A DNA stretch of 63,881 nucleotides, filler included. It is 3 parts of 3 records of this genome, joined end to end, with 100 filler letters (N's around TTAATTAATTAA, not from the genome) between each part and the next. Parts side by side here need not be neighbours in the genome. Positions count along the whole stretch, not along the records: positions 1 to 31,783 come from SRR2962707_3263; 2 more parts are not named here. One strand, written 5' to 3'. Below, one piece after another: positions 1 through 10,266 of this stretch (position 1 is its first letter; each line of letters starts with the position of its first letter). Under the pieces are notes generated by a model that was given only the letters and a program-made list of their open reading frames with translations, ran no database searches and was not told where the DNA came from. The translations under genes were made by a program, and so were the position numbers.

Positions 1-1305
1 GGCATTCTTGCTCTGGAACAGGAAGGCCTGAGCCACCAGGTTCGGGATATCCCCCCCCCGGTTCGGGTCTTCGTTGGCGCAGGTGTCATCGCCGTATGGC
101 CGGCCGGGAATTCGGGCCAGGCACAGGTCCTCGGATGCGGTACCGATGACCTGATTGCGGAAGCTGTCCAACTGGTTGGCGTACGTGGCCAGGGTTTGAG
201 CGCTGGTCGGGTCGTCCGTCACAAGGCTGAGTTGCGGGTCCGCCTCGATGGCTGCCCGAATGGCGGCCAGTTCCTCGCCTTGGGGTTGGTAGCCATCGTC
301 GGTGCCGTCATCACGGATGATGGGGTTGCCCAGGAGCAGGTGTGGCGTTCCGGAGCAGGAGGAAACAGTGCCATTGTTCTCCCAGGTCACGCTCAGTTCA
401 CCCAACACACGCGAATACTGCCAGGCCTGGGCCACGCACACTTTGTCGCCGTCGGCATTGGTCACTTCGGTGGGGTAGGGGCCTGAGGCGCTCAGGCCGT
501 AGGCGTCAAAGTTGCCAAGCAGGGTGTGGGAATCTCCGCCGATAATGACATCCACTCCAGACAGGCGCTCGGCCAGTGCCAGATCGTTGGCATACTGGTA
601 GTGGGTCAGCAGGATGATCTTGTCGATGCCCTGGTCGTTCAGCTCATCGATCATGGCCTGGGCGGTTTCGGTTTCGTCCCGAAACTCAGTGCTTGCCAGC
701 GGGCTTGAGCTGTTGCGGGTTTTGTTGGCGATGTCGATGCCGATGATGGCCACCTGCTGGCCATCAATGTTCTTGATGGTGTACGGCTGGATGTAATCGT
801 CCTGGGCCACCGGTGCCAATGGGGTGCCGATGGCCGGTTTGACGTTGGCCGCGAGAACCGCCGTGTTACAGCTGCCTGCTGCCAGGTAATCGAGGAACTT
901 CACCAGCCCTTCGTCACCACGATCAAACTCGTGATTGCCCAGTGCAAAGGCATCAAAACACACCTGGTTCATCAGCTCGGCATCGGCCTCACCTTCGAAG
1001 GAGGTGAAGTACAGGGTGCCGGTCATGGCATCTCCGGCATGCAGCTTCAGTACATTGTCCAGTTCGGCGGATCGTTCGTTGATCTTGGCGATCACCCGGG
1101 GGAAGCCACCGGCGCTGAATTCGGTTTCTTTACCAGCGATATCCAGGGACTGTGAGCCCGCTTCCAGATGGGAGTGGTGGTCGTTGATATGCAAGATGTT
1201 AACGGTAAAGCGCTCGGTTTCCGTTGCGGGCGCGTCGTCGTTATCACTGTTACAGCCGGTCAGGGCAATCAGCGGGATTGCCAGCCAGAGTCCTTGTCGA
1301 ATCAT
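1..1305 (-). CDS. 5'-nucleotidase / NAD nucleotidase (NadN/UshA-like) lipoprotein, 3' end outside the window
   Basis: Absent from the ORF track because it has no stop in the window. Manual translation from ATG 1305 gives MIRQGLWLAIPLIALTGC (lipobox), then ILHINDHHSHLE, LHAGDAMTGT and ALGNHEFD metallophosphatase motifs. GGAGA RBS upstream. Confidence 0.9.
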   Translation of the reverse strand, partial: MIRQGLWLAIPLIALTGCNSDNDDAPATETERFTVNILHINDHHSHLEAGSQSLDIAGKETEFSAGGFPRVIAKINERSAELDNVLKLHAGDAMTGTLYFTSFEGEADAELMNQVCFDAFALGNHEFDRGDEGLVKFLDYLAAGSCNTAVLAANVKPAIGTPLAPVAQDDYIQPYTIKNIDGQQVAIIGIDIANKTRNSSSPLASTEFRDETETAQAMIDELNDQGIDKIILLTHYQYANDLALAERLSGVDVIIGGDSHTLLGNFDAYGLSASGPYPTEVTNADGDKVCVAQAWQYSRVLGELSVTWENNGTVSSCSGTPHLLLGNPIIRDDGTDDGYQPQGEELAAIRAAIEADPQLSLVTDDPTSAQTLATYANQLDSFRNQVIGTASEDLCLARIPGRPYGDDTCANEDPNRGGDIPNLVAQAFLFQSKNA

Positions 1306-1327
1306 TACTCTATCTCCGTTGTGGGGG

Positions 1328-3808
1328 TTAGCGGCTGGTCAGCACGCGAATCAGGACGATCAGGTCGTAATGGTTAATGCGCCCGTCACCGTCAATGTCG
1401 TAAGCCGGAGCTGTGGCTTTGCCGAACAGCATCGCCAGCACCAGGCGGGACAGGTCCCGGCCGTTAACGCGGCCATCGCCGTTCAGGTCGGCGCGGTCTG
1501 CGGGGGGTCTGGTATCGAGATTCAGGGCAACGATCACAGGGTCATGGTCAGAGGCCCGGTAAGCGTCCGGTGCGTAGAAGCTGGCCTGCTGCTCCGGGGT
1601 CTTGAACTCGGTGTTGTAGTCCAGGGCGCGGGGCTCGTCGGCATTGATCGGCCAGACGGTGGTGTCGGCAATTTTGCCGGCCAGGGCGGTATTGGCCAGA
1701 GCGTGGTCCAGATAGCCGGCCTGGCCATAGAACACGTAGGAATACGCCTGCTCGCCAACGTAGGTCGCCAGCAGATCGGTATAGCCGGCACTGGCCAGAG
1801 CGCGAATGGGGTCTTCTTGCGCGTAGGCGTTGAGGTCACCGATGACTAACACATCTGGTTCGCCGGTTCCGGTGGCATCGCCTGCCAGCCAGGATGCCAG
1901 CGCCTGGGCGGCCTGGGTCCGTACCGGATTCCAGCACCCCTGACCATCGTTCTGGTCAGCGTTGCTGCCTTCGGCACTGCCGCAGCCTTTGGACTTGAAG
2001 TGGTTGACGGCAATGGTGACGCCATCGTCTGAATCCTTCAGCCGGAAGGTCTGTGCCAGGGGCTGGCGGTTCAACTGATCAAAAGGAGCCGCGCTCAGAG
2101 TGGCGGCGGTGCCAACGATCTCGACACGGTCGGCGCGGTACAGCAGGCCAACGGCAATGTCATCATTACCCAGTTGTGCCAGGCCGGGGTCGACCCACTG
2201 CCATTCGGAACCCAGGGCCCCGGCCAGATCGGCAATGGCACTGGTCTGGCCGTAGCCGTCATTCTCGATTTCCATCAGGCCGATGATGTCGGCATCAAGG
2301 GCGACCAGGGCACTGACCAGCTTCTCGGTCTGGCGGGCCAGTTCTTCCGGGTTGTCTGCGCCCCGCGCCGTCGGGAATCCGCCACCCATGCCGTCACCGT
2401 TGAAAAAGTTCAGCACGTTGAAAGAAGCCACCACCAGGTTACCGCGATCCTCAAGGCCGGGCTCGGTTACACGTGCATTTGCCTGGCTGAAGGACGGGCT
2501 CGCGATCGGCTGCAGACGCCATTCCGAAAAACGGTAGTCGAGAACGCCGGCAAGATCCTGAACGGTGTCGCCAGCGCGCACGGTCTGGCTGGCGCTCAGT
2601 TGCGGTGTCGGGTAGGGCGCGATGGCCGGGTTCTGGCGGTTACTGGCGTCGTCCAGGATAATCCGGTCCAGCGCATTCAGATCAGCCACCAGTGCGGCAT
2701 CCGCTCCGGGCTCAGCGATACTGGTGGGGATAAAGTGGCGACCGCTCCCGAGGGTCAGGCTGCCGTAACGGCCCAGGTCGTAGTTGTCGTTCACCACAAG
2801 AGGCGCGCTGAATTGTACCCGCATGGCTTCAAAGGCTTCCGGAGCAGTGGCATCGGCCCAGGGCAGGGAGATCTGCGCCGCCGGTGGAAGCTCCGCATTA
2901 CCACAGTTTTCGGTACCGCTCAGGTTGGTCAATTCGGTCAGGCCGTCGTATTCGGTCACTTCACCGGCAAGCCGCAGGCGCTGGCCGGGCTCGGCGTTCA
3001 GAGTTGGCGCATAGACAAACAGGCCTTCGGAGGTGGCAGGGTTGTCGTCGCGGTCTGAGGCTTCTTCCTCCACAAAGACGCCGCCAAGGCCATCGTTGGT
3101 GTTGAAGGCGGCCGTAACTACGGCTTCGATCACCACGTGCTGGCCGGCAACCGGGCTGATATCGCCTTCGCCCTGAATGTCCGAAATGCGGGTGGCGGGA
3201 GCACCACAGGTCAGATCCGGCGCAGTCGGTGGCTGGTCCGGGTTATCGTCATCGTTGCCGGCGACGCCGAGATCGTCGAAGCTGTTCTGGGGAAAGCCGT
3301 CAAAGACTGTGGCCGGGTCGTAATCATCGTAGGCATCGGTATCGGCCAGGGTGCCTGCACGGCGGCGCAGAGTGCGATCCTGAGTGCGGGTATCCCCAGA
3401 GCCCCAGTAGCTGCCGGGGTCTGTGCCGACCTGGCCGATACTGTCGGCAACCGTGCCGCCATTCAGGAGCAGGACAGCGTCATCACCGTTGAACAGCCCG
3501 GCTCCGGTGGTTTGATCCGCCACAGCGAGAATGGCCGGGTCAGCAGCGCTATGCGCGAAAACGAAGTTGCTGCCCGGAGCAATCGAACCCTCCAGGTTGA
3601 TGGTTTGCCCGGGGGTGGCGCTGCCGTTGAAGAAAACCTGCAGCTCCCAGGGGGCAAGATCCACCACCGCGTTGCCGGTGTTGAGCAGTTCAATGGCTTT
3701 GTTGTTGCTGGAGCCTTCGACATACTCGCTGATGACCAGCGATGCCTGTGTTGTCGATGCCAGAAGGCCGCCGATGGCGGCTGCCAGCAGCGTTGGTTTC
3801 ATCGTCAT
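1328..3808 (-). CDS. ExeM/NucH-family extracellular endonuclease (lamin-tail domain, OB fold, EEP domain, C-terminal dockerin-like repeats)
   Basis: Signal peptide; LVISEYVEGSSNNKAIEL (LTD); ISDIQG...SEGLFVY (OB fold); ASFNVLN, NHFKSK, GDLNAY, SDHDP (EEP). Start set at ATG 3808 after AAGGA. Confidence 0.92.
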   Translation of the reverse strand: MTMKPTLLAAAIGGLLASTTQASLVISEYVEGSSNNKAIELLNTGNAVVDLAPWELQVFFNGSATPGQTINLEGSIAPGSNFVFAHSAADPAILAVADQTTGAGLFNGDDAVLLLNGGTVADSIGQVGTDPGSYWGSGDTRTQDRTLRRRAGTLADTDAYDDYDPATVFDGFPQNSFDDLGVAGNDDDNPDQPPTAPDLTCGAPATRISDIQGEGDISPVAGQHVVIEAVVTAAFNTNDGLGGVFVEEEASDRDDNPATSEGLFVYAPTLNAEPGQRLRLAGEVTEYDGLTELTNLSGTENCGNAELPPAAQISLPWADATAPEAFEAMRVQFSAPLVVNDNYDLGRYGSLTLGSGRHFIPTSIAEPGADAALVADLNALDRIILDDASNRQNPAIAPYPTPQLSASQTVRAGDTVQDLAGVLDYRFSEWRLQPIASPSFSQANARVTEPGLEDRGNLVVASFNVLNFFNGDGMGGGFPTARGADNPEELARQTEKLVSALVALDADIIGLMEIENDGYGQTSAIADLAGALGSEWQWVDPGLAQLGNDDIAVGLLYRADRVEIVGTAATLSAAPFDQLNRQPLAQTFRLKDSDDGVTIAVNHFKSKGCGSAEGSNADQNDGQGCWNPVRTQAAQALASWLAGDATGTGEPDVLVIGDLNAYAQEDPIRALASAGYTDLLATYVGEQAYSYVFYGQAGYLDHALANTALAGKIADTTVWPINADEPRALDYNTEFKTPEQQASFYAPDAYRASDHDPVIVALNLDTRPPADRADLNGDGRVNGRDLSRLVLAMLFGKATAPAYDIDGDGRINHYDLIVLIRVLTSR

Positions 3809-3987
3809 GGTACTGTCCTTGTTTCGGTTATGTTGTGTGTTTTGACACCACAATCTGACCGTGCTGTGTGACGATGACATGAGAGTTTTGTGAAGGATGC
3901 TTTGCCGGTTTGTGTCAATGTGGACAACGCGCCTGAGCAGTTTGGTAATCCAGTGCGTATACAGGGGATGTGTCGACAGGAGGGCCG

Positions 3988-4536
3988 ATGATGCGTTGGA
4001 CAGTCTTGAAGTGTGTGAGTGTGCTTTTACTGTTAGGGTTGACGGTGCCTGCCGTTGCCCGGGATTGCCCGGATTTCCTGGACCACGAGCAGCGCAAGCT
4101 GCACTCCCGGGATTCGGTGAATCTGTGCGAAGTGGCTGCTGGCAAGCCGATGCTGGTGGTGAACACAGCCAGCCGTTGTGGTTATACCGGTCAGTTTGAA
4201 GGCCTGGAGGCCCTGCACCAGCGGTACGAGGATCGGGGGCTGACGGTCGTGGGATTTGCCAGTGATGACTTCCGGCAAGAGGCGGATTCCGAAGAAGAAG
4301 CCGCGAAGGTCTGTTTTGTGAACTTTGGTGTGAGTTTTACCATGATCGCGCCGAGCGCAGTGACCGGCGAGCAGGCCAATCCGGTGTTTCAGGAAATCAA
4401 TCGCCAGAGCCAGCCGCCAAGCTGGAACTTCACCAAGTATGTGATCGATCGTGAGGGTAAGGTGGCAGCCCGTTTCCCGAGCCAGGTGCGTCCCGAAGAT
4501 GCCCGGTTGATTCAGGCCCTGGAATCGGTTCTGTAA
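3988..4536 (+). CDS. Cys-type glutathione peroxidase family protein with signal peptide
   Basis: VVNTASRCGYT, GFASDDFRQE and WNFTKY motifs; N-terminal hydrophobic signal ending AVA; GGAGG RBS. Confidence 0.9.
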   Translation: MMRWTVLKCVSVLLLLGLTVPAVARDCPDFLDHEQRKLHSRDSVNLCEVAAGKPMLVVNTASRCGYTGQFEGLEALHQRYEDRGLTVVGFASDDFRQEADSEEEAAKVCFVNFGVSFTMIAPSAVTGEQANPVFQEINRQSQPPSWNFTKYVIDREGKVAARFPSQVRPEDARLIQALESVL

Positions 4537-4629
4537 TCCCCGGCCGGTTTGCGGATAGCAGTCTATTCTGAAGGCAAAGGTTGTTCACCGCTCCGGGTGT
4601 AGTATGCAGTGTTTGGAAAAGGATGCCCT

Positions 4630-5811
4630 ATGGCAGAAGCCCTGTTTGAATCCGTACGAAGCCAGATAGCACAGAATCTCTCGGCTACCCTGGACGCTCT
4701 CGCGGGCGGACAGACCGATTGGGTGGCCCTGGCCGGGCATGTTCTCAGTCAACTGCTGATTTCGGTGATCTACCTCGGCATTCTGTTGCTGGTCTATGCC
4801 ATTCTGATCAGCCTGATACGCCTTGTCGTCGGCAGCCGACGCAGCTCGAAGCCCTGGTTTGGTCAGTTGCGCACTGGCATCCGTTATCTGTTCGGGCTGG
4901 GCGGATTGCTGGTGATTATGGCGCAATTCGAGGCCTCGCCGGAGCTGTTGAAGGGCATGGCCAGGGCGGGCCTGATGGCGTTGGGCTTTTTTGTGGGCTG
5001 GCTGGCGATTGGTCGTCTGCTGCGGGAGACGATGAATCGCTACCGTCTGGAACCCTCTATCCGCCAATTGGTCGAGAATCTGTTCTCGGTGCTCACCGTT
5101 ACCTTCGCGGCCGTTACGGTGCTGTCCCAGTTCGGTTTCGATGTGGTCTCCATCGTCGCGGGTCTGGGGATCGTGGGGATTGCCGTCGGGTTTGCGGCCC
5201 AGTCCACGCTGTCGAACTTTATTGCGGGTATTACGTTGCTGATTGAGCGCCCCTTCCGGATTGGCGATTGGGTCACCATCAACGGCCAGGATGGTAAGGT
5301 GGTGAAGATCGCCCTGCGGACCACCTGGCTGCGTACCCGGGACAATATCTTTACCATGATCCCGAACGATAACGTGGCGTCCTCGGAGATCATCAATTAC
5401 AGCGCCGAAGGGGCGACGCGCCTGAACATTCCAGTTGGCATTGCCTACAAGGAGTCTGCCAGGGCAGCGCGGGACGTGATAATGCCGGTTCTGCTTGCGC
5501 ACTCTGAAGTCTTGCAGGGGCCGGGTATGGAGCCGCGAGTGGTGGTCAAGACCCTGGGCAACTCTTCCGTCGATCTGGAGGTCAAGATCTGGATTACACC
5601 GGACAATCTGGAGGTTCAGCCCAGAATTATGGCTGATGTGCTTGAGAAGATTAAAGAGGCCCTGGACGAAGCGGACATTGAAATACCTTTCCCGCACCTG
5701 CAACTGTTCATAGATGATGCCAAAGGGCTTGCGCCGTTGGTACAACCGTTTTACCCAAGGTCGACGGAACAAGGGAAAGGCCTGTCGGCGCCAGGAGACA
5801 ATCATGAATGA
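4630..5811 (+). CDS. MscS-family mechanosensitive channel with N-terminal membrane extension
   Basis: AGLGIVGIAVGFAAQSTLSNFIAG, RPFRIGDWV and IEIPFP motifs. Confidence 0.9.
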   Translation: MAEALFESVRSQIAQNLSATLDALAGGQTDWVALAGHVLSQLLISVIYLGILLLVYAILISLIRLVVGSRRSSKPWFGQLRTGIRYLFGLGGLLVIMAQFEASPELLKGMARAGLMALGFFVGWLAIGRLLRETMNRYRLEPSIRQLVENLFSVLTVTFAAVTVLSQFGFDVVSIVAGLGIVGIAVGFAAQSTLSNFIAGITLLIERPFRIGDWVTINGQDGKVVKIALRTTWLRTRDNIFTMIPNDNVASSEIINYSAEGATRLNIPVGIAYKESARAARDVIMPVLLAHSEVLQGPGMEPRVVVKTLGNSSVDLEVKIWITPDNLEVQPRIMADVLEKIKEALDEADIEIPFPHLQLFIDDAKGLAPLVQPFYPRSTEQGKGLSAPGDNHE

Positions 5812-6562
5812 GCCGTCCGGCTACTACGAAAGCAACACCACCCTGGCCCAGTATCTGGAGTTTCACTTCGGTGAAAGCTGGCATGGTGAAGCCAACTTCG
5901 CGAAAGAACTGGCCGATGCCGCGCTTGGAGCGCTGGATGGCCGCGCCAGCTGCCGGGCGTTGGATATCGGTTGTGCGGTAGGACGTACCTCGCTGGAGCT
6001 GGCCCGCCAGTTTGATCATGTCGATGGGGTCGATTATTCGGAAACCTTTATCGGCAAATGCCGTGAGGTGGTGCGGGAGGGGGTTGCGCGGTATGCGCGG
6101 CCCGAAGAGGGCGAGCTGGTAAGCTACCAGGAGCGGTCACTGGCAGCCCTGGGTCTGACCGAGGCTGCCCGCCGCGTGGCGTTCCATCAGGGCGATGCCT
6201 GCAAGCTCGGCGCTGATTACCGGGACTACGATCTGGTGCTGGCCGGCAACCTGATTGACCGTCTCTACAACCCATCCCTGTTTCTGGAACAGATCCATGA
6301 GCGTATCAATGCGCTGGGGCTGCTGGTGATTGCTTCACCCTATACCTGGCTGGAGGAGTACACACCCAGGCAGGACTGGCTCGGTGGTTTCCTGAAAGAC
6401 GGTGAGCCATTCACCACCCTGGATGGTCTCAAGGCGGCGTTGTCCCCCCGTTTCCGCTTGCTGGCAGAGCCCCGGAGCCTGCCCTTCGTGATCCGGGAGA
6501 CCCGCAACAAGTTCCAGCACAGTTTTTCGGAGCTCACAATCTGGGAGAAGTTGCCGGATTAG
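5804..6562 (+). CDS. Stand-alone SAM-dependent methyltransferase homologous to the OvoA C-terminal (thiohistidine N-methyltransferase) domain
   Basis: Colinear with the C-terminus of the OvoA ORF at 26512: YYES, ALDIGCAVGR, FHQGDAC, YDLVLAGNLIDRLY, ASPYTWLEE, PFVIRET.KFQH. Overlaps the end of mscS by 8 nt. Confidence 0.88.
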   Translation: MNEPSGYYESNTTLAQYLEFHFGESWHGEANFAKELADAALGALDGRASCRALDIGCAVGRTSLELARQFDHVDGVDYSETFIGKCREVVREGVARYARPEEGELVSYQERSLAALGLTEAARRVAFHQGDACKLGADYRDYDLVLAGNLIDRLYNPSLFLEQIHERINALGLLVIASPYTWLEEYTPRQDWLGGFLKDGEPFTTLDGLKAALSPRFRLLAEPRSLPFVIRETRNKFQHSFSELTIWEKLPD

Positions 6563-6655
6563 CGTGCCCTGTCACACAAGCGTCATCTCTTCCGGTTACT
6601 GTGAAGGCTCATCAGGACGACATGCATTGTGTTGATGCATCGTGTGATTGCTTAT

Positions 6656-6679
6656 GCCGGGGCTTGCCCCGGCTTTTTT
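6656..6679 (+). terminator. Intrinsic terminator after mscS-methyltransferase
   Basis: GCCGGGG-CTTG-CCCCGGC followed by T6. Confidence 0.7.
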
Positions 6680-7463
6680 ATGGAGCCCGGTGTTCGCCGC
6701 TCCCTTCCCTTCTCAACGCCCGTTCACGCCGTCGCGCGGTTTCGCTGCGCTCCGATATGGTTTGCTGCACAAACTGTATGTGCTCCCCGGCGATGGCCCT
6801 GGCGTCTTCTTCCCGGCCTTCAACGATGGCGTTATACAGCTTCTGGTGCTGGTCCATCAGGCCCTGGCGGGTCTGAACCTCGCGGGAATACATGCCACCG
6901 ATGTTGGTGACAATGTTGTTCTTGAGCATGCTGAACAGGTTGCGCATGGTGTGCAGCAGCACCACGTTGTGGCTGGCTTCAGCAATAGCCATGTGGAAGC
7001 GGGCATCGGCAGCCCCTTCTTCTTCCAGATTGTGGGCAGTGGAATTCTGGTAGCAGGCGTGGAGCTCTTCCCAGGCTTTGCCCAGCCGTGCCAGATCCAC
7101 TTCGGTGGCGCGCAGGGCCGCGTAGTAGGCACAGTCACCCTCCAGTGTGCGACGGAACTCAAGCAAATCCCGGTGCGCTTCCGGGTGCTTTTCCAGCAGC
7201 GGAATGAGAGGGTCGCTGAAGCTGCTTCCCAGATTCTCCGCCACATAATTGCCGCCGCCCTGGCGGCTTTTCAGCAGGCCTTTGGCCGCCAGGCGTTGCA
7301 CCGCCTCTCTGAGAGACGGGCGGGATACGCCGAATTGCTCCGCCAGCACCCGTTCCGGCGGCAGGCGCTGGCCCGGTTCCAGGGTTCCTTCCAGAATCAT
7401 GGTCTCCAGTTGCTCGACAATGGTGTCGGCCAGCCGTCTGGGAGCAATCTGATTGATGGGCAT
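6678..7463 (-). CDS. lldR: GntR/FadR-family regulator, LldR/PdhR-like
   Basis: GntR HTH (LPPERVLAEQFGVSRPSLREA), FCD domain (FHMAIAEASHN); divergent from the lactate operon. Confidence 0.8.
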   Translation of the reverse strand: MPINQIAPRRLADTIVEQLETMILEGTLEPGQRLPPERVLAEQFGVSRPSLREAVQRLAAKGLLKSRQGGGNYVAENLGSSFSDPLIPLLEKHPEAHRDLLEFRRTLEGDCAYYAALRATEVDLARLGKAWEELHACYQNSTAHNLEEEGAADARFHMAIAEASHNVVLLHTMRNLFSMLKNNIVTNIGGMYSREVQTRQGLMDQHQKLYNAIVEGREEDARAIAGEHIQFVQQTISERSETARRRERALRREGSGEHRAP

Positions 7464-7486
7464 GATGTCTCGCTTGTGTGTCTAAA

Positions 7487-7503
7487 AATTGGTCTTACCA
7501 ATA
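7487..7503. promoter_or_regulatory. LldR/PdhR-type operator 1
   Basis: AATTGGTCTTACCAATA; one mismatch to AATTGGT-N3-ACCAATT. Confidence 0.8.
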
Positions 7504-7625
7504 AATCTTACCTCTGTCCACGCTTGTTTTTACAACAAAACTTCAACGCAATACGACCAATGTATGAGTGGGCGGTTTTGACACTATAAGGCCAGCTCAA
7601 ATAACGTACTCGGCACAGGTTTGTA

Positions 7626-7642
7626 AATTGGTAATACCAATT
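7626..7642. promoter_or_regulatory. LldR/PdhR-type operator 2
   Basis: AATTGGTAATACCAATT, a perfect match, just upstream of lldP. Confidence 0.85.
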
Positions 7643-7680
7643 ATCCAAGAATAGAATCCAACAACAAGACCCTGGAGAAC

Positions 7681-9375
7681 ATGATGTCGTCCGGATTGCT
7701 CGCCCTGTTGGCGTTTACGCCCATTCTTCTTGCCGGAGTGCTGCTGATTGGCATGCGTTGGCCCGCCCGCCGTGCCATGCCCGTGGTATTTCTGGTTACC
7801 GCGCTGATTGGCTATAGCGCCTGGGATATGACCCTGAACCGTATCCTCGCCTCAACCCTGCAAGGGCTGGTAATCACCATCGGCCTGCTGTGGATTATCT
7901 TTGGCGCGATATTGCTGCTGAACACGCTGAAGCACTCCGGAGCCATCACCACGATTCGGGCCGGCTTTACCAACATCACCCCGGATCGCCGCATTCAGGC
8001 CATCATCATTGTCTGGCTGTTCGGCAGCTTTATCGAAGGTGCCTCTGGCTTTGGTACACCGGCCGCCATCGCCGCGCCCCTGCTGGTTGCGGTCGGTTTT
8101 CCGGCCATGGCTGCCGTCATGCTGGGCATGATGGTACAGAGCACGCCGGTATCCTTTGGTGCTGTAGGTACACCGATTGTGGTGGGAGTGACAACGGGTC
8201 TGGATCGGGCCAGCATTACCGAGCGACTGGAAGCCCTGGGCTCCAACTGGGATACCTACCTGCAGCTGATCACCTCGGAAGTGGCCATCACCCACGCCAT
8301 TGTCGGTGTCGTTATGCCGGTACTGATGGTGACGATGATGACTCGCTTCTTCGGCAAGAACAAAAGCTGGAAAGAGGGGCTGGAGGTCCTGCCATTTGCG
8401 TTGTTTGCCGGCATCGCGTTTGTCGTGCCCTACGCCCTGACCGGGGTGATTCTGGGGCCCGAGTTCCCGTCTCTGCTGGGTGGCCTGATTGGTCTGGCGA
8501 TTGTGACTACTGCCGCCAAAAAAGGCTTCCTGATTCCGAAGCGGACCTGGGATTTTGCCGACAGCAAAGACTGGCCCAGTGAGTGGCTGGGCAGCATTGA
8601 GATGAAACTGGAAGACATCGCCGCCAAACCGATGAGCGGTTTCCGGGCGTGGGTACCTTACGTGCTGGTCGGCGTGGTACTGGTGCTCAGCCGCACCGTT
8701 GAACCGATCAAGCAAGCTTTCACCAGCGTTGGCGTGTCGTTCTCCAACATCCTGGGAGAAGCAGGTATTAATGCCGGGATCCAGCCACTTTACCTGCCGG
8801 GCGGTATTCTGGTGATGGTAGTGCTGGCAACTTTCTTCATCCACCGGATGAACCTGAAAGCGCTGAATTCGGCGGTGAAAGAATCCGGTGGCGTGCTGCT
8901 GAGTGCCGGTTTCGTGCTGCTGTTCACCGTGCCTATGGTGCGGATACTGATCAACTCCGGCGTTAACCTGTCGGACCTGCCGAGCATGCCGCTGGCCATG
9001 GCCACCTGGGCTGCCGATGCGGTTGGCGGCATTTACCCGTTGCTGGCCCCCACGGTGGGTGCGCTCGGTGCGTTCCTGGCCGGTTCCAACACGGTCTCCA
9101 ACATGATGTTCAGCCAGTTCCAGTTTGGCGTTGCCGAGAGCCTTGGTTTGTCCACCGCACTGATGGTGGCGGTGCAGGCCGTGGGTGCTGCGGCAGGCAA
9201 TATGGTGGCCATCCATAACGTGGTGGCAGCATCTGCTACGGTCGGGTTGCTGGGCCGTGAAGGTCAGACACTGCGCAAGACGGTGTGGCCGACCCTATAC
9301 TACCTGGTGATGACCGGTTCGATTGCGCTGCTGGCCGCCTACGGCCTGGGGCTGACGGACCCGTTACTGAACTGA
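7681..9375 (+). CDS. lldP: L-lactate permease
   Basis: [24 protein letters not shown] and GSNTVSN motifs; polytopic membrane protein. Confidence 0.92.
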   Translation: MMSSGLLALLAFTPILLAGVLLIGMRWPARRAMPVVFLVTALIGYSAWDMTLNRILASTLQGLVITIGLLWIIFGAILLLNTLKHSGAITTIRAGFTNITPDRRIQAIIIVWLFGSFIEGASGFGTPAAIAAPLLVAVGFPAMAAVMLGMMVQSTPVSFGAVGTPIVVGVTTGLDRASITERLEALGSNWDTYLQLITSEVAITHAIVGVVMPVLMVTMMTRFFGKNKSWKEGLEVLPFALFAGIAFVVPYALTGVILGPEFPSLLGGLIGLAIVTTAAKKGFLIPKRTWDFADSKDWPSEWLGSIEMKLEDIAAKPMSGFRAWVPYVLVGVVLVLSRTVEPIKQAFTSVGVSFSNILGEAGINAGIQPLYLPGGILVMVVLATFFIHRMNLKALNSAVKESGGVLLSAGFVLLFTVPMVRILINSGVNLSDLPSMPLAMATWAADAVGGIYPLLAPTVGALGAFLAGSNTVSNMMFSQFQFGVAESLGLSTALMVAVQAVGAAAGNMVAIHNVVAASATVGLLGREGQTLRKTVWPTLYYLVMTGSIALLAAYGLGLTDPLLN

Positions 9376-9438
9376 AAACACTGGGATAACCACAACGGGT
9401 GGCCGGCTGCCGGCCGGACCGCCCGGAGGCAATGACTG

Positions 9439-10266
9439 ATGAGTGAGCTGTTTTACGACGCCGCCCCCAATGCTACCCGCGTGGCTCCAGAGCGCCCCAG
9501 GCCACGAACGTATCCGGCCAAGCCGGCCGAGGTCACTTTGTTCGGCACCTGCGTGGTGGATTTGTTCTTTCCCGAGGCCGGGCTGGATGCTATCCGCCTG
9601 CTGGAACGGGAAGGCATTCGCGTGCATTTTCCACACGAGCAATCCTGCTGCGGTCAGCCTGCCTGGACCTCCGGCTACGTGAACGAGGCCCGGGAGGTGG
9701 CGCGGGCACAGCTCAATCTACTCGACAACGGCTTGCCGGTGGTGGTGCCGTCCGGATCCTGTGCCGGTATGTTCCGACAGCATTACCGGGAAGCCTTTGC
9801 AGAAGAACCAGATACCCTTAAACGTGTGGAAGATCTGGCTGAACGAACGTTCGAGCTGACCGAGTTTCTGCTGCATGTATGCAAGGTGGACTGGCAGGAT
9901 CTCGGCCAGCCCACACAGATTGCCTTGCACACCTCCTGTTCCGCCCGCAGGGAAATGAACACCCACCTGCATGCGCGGGAGTTGCTGGGCAAGCTGGCGA
10001 ATGTCGAGCGGCTGGAACACGATCATGAAAGCGAATGCTGCGGCTTTGGTGGCACCTTCTCTGTGCGCATGCCGGAAGTGTCCGGGGCCATGGTGCTCGA
10101 TAAAACCCGTTCGTTGCGGGAATCCGGTGCAGCGGAAATGGTAACCGCTGATGGCGGCTGCCTGCTCAACATCAACGGCTCCCTGGAAAAACAGAAACAG
10201 ACGTTCCGGGGCCGGCATCTGGCCAGCTTTCTGTGGGAGCGGGTGAGTGGAGAGGTGAAATCATGA
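9439..10266 (+). CDS. lutA: L-lactate dehydrogenase Fe-S subunit LutA/LldE (two CCG domains)
   Basis: QSCCGQP, SGSCAGM and ECCGFGGTFS motifs. Confidence 0.9.
   Translation: MSELFYDAAPNATRVAPERPRPRTYPAKPAEVTLFGTCVVDLFFPEAGLDAIRLLEREGIRVHFPHEQSCCGQPAWTSGYVNEAREVARAQLNLLDNGLPVVVPSGSCAGMFRQHYREAFAEEPDTLKRVEDLAERTFELTEFLLHVCKVDWQDLGQPTQIALHTSCSARREMNTHLHARELLGKLANVERLEHDHESECCGFGGTFSVRMPEVSGAMVLDKTRSLRESGAAEMVTADGGCLLNINGSLEKQKQTFRGRHLASFLWERVSGEVKS

Noticed and set aside
51-59. G9 tract in the nucleotidase as a phase-variation switch
   Set aside because: It is in frame (R-G-G-D) and a single tract in GC-rich DNA; no evidence of variation without reads.
3988-4536. Glutathione peroxidase as a selenoprotein
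   Set aside because: The active-site codon is TGT (Cys) and there is no in-frame TGA.
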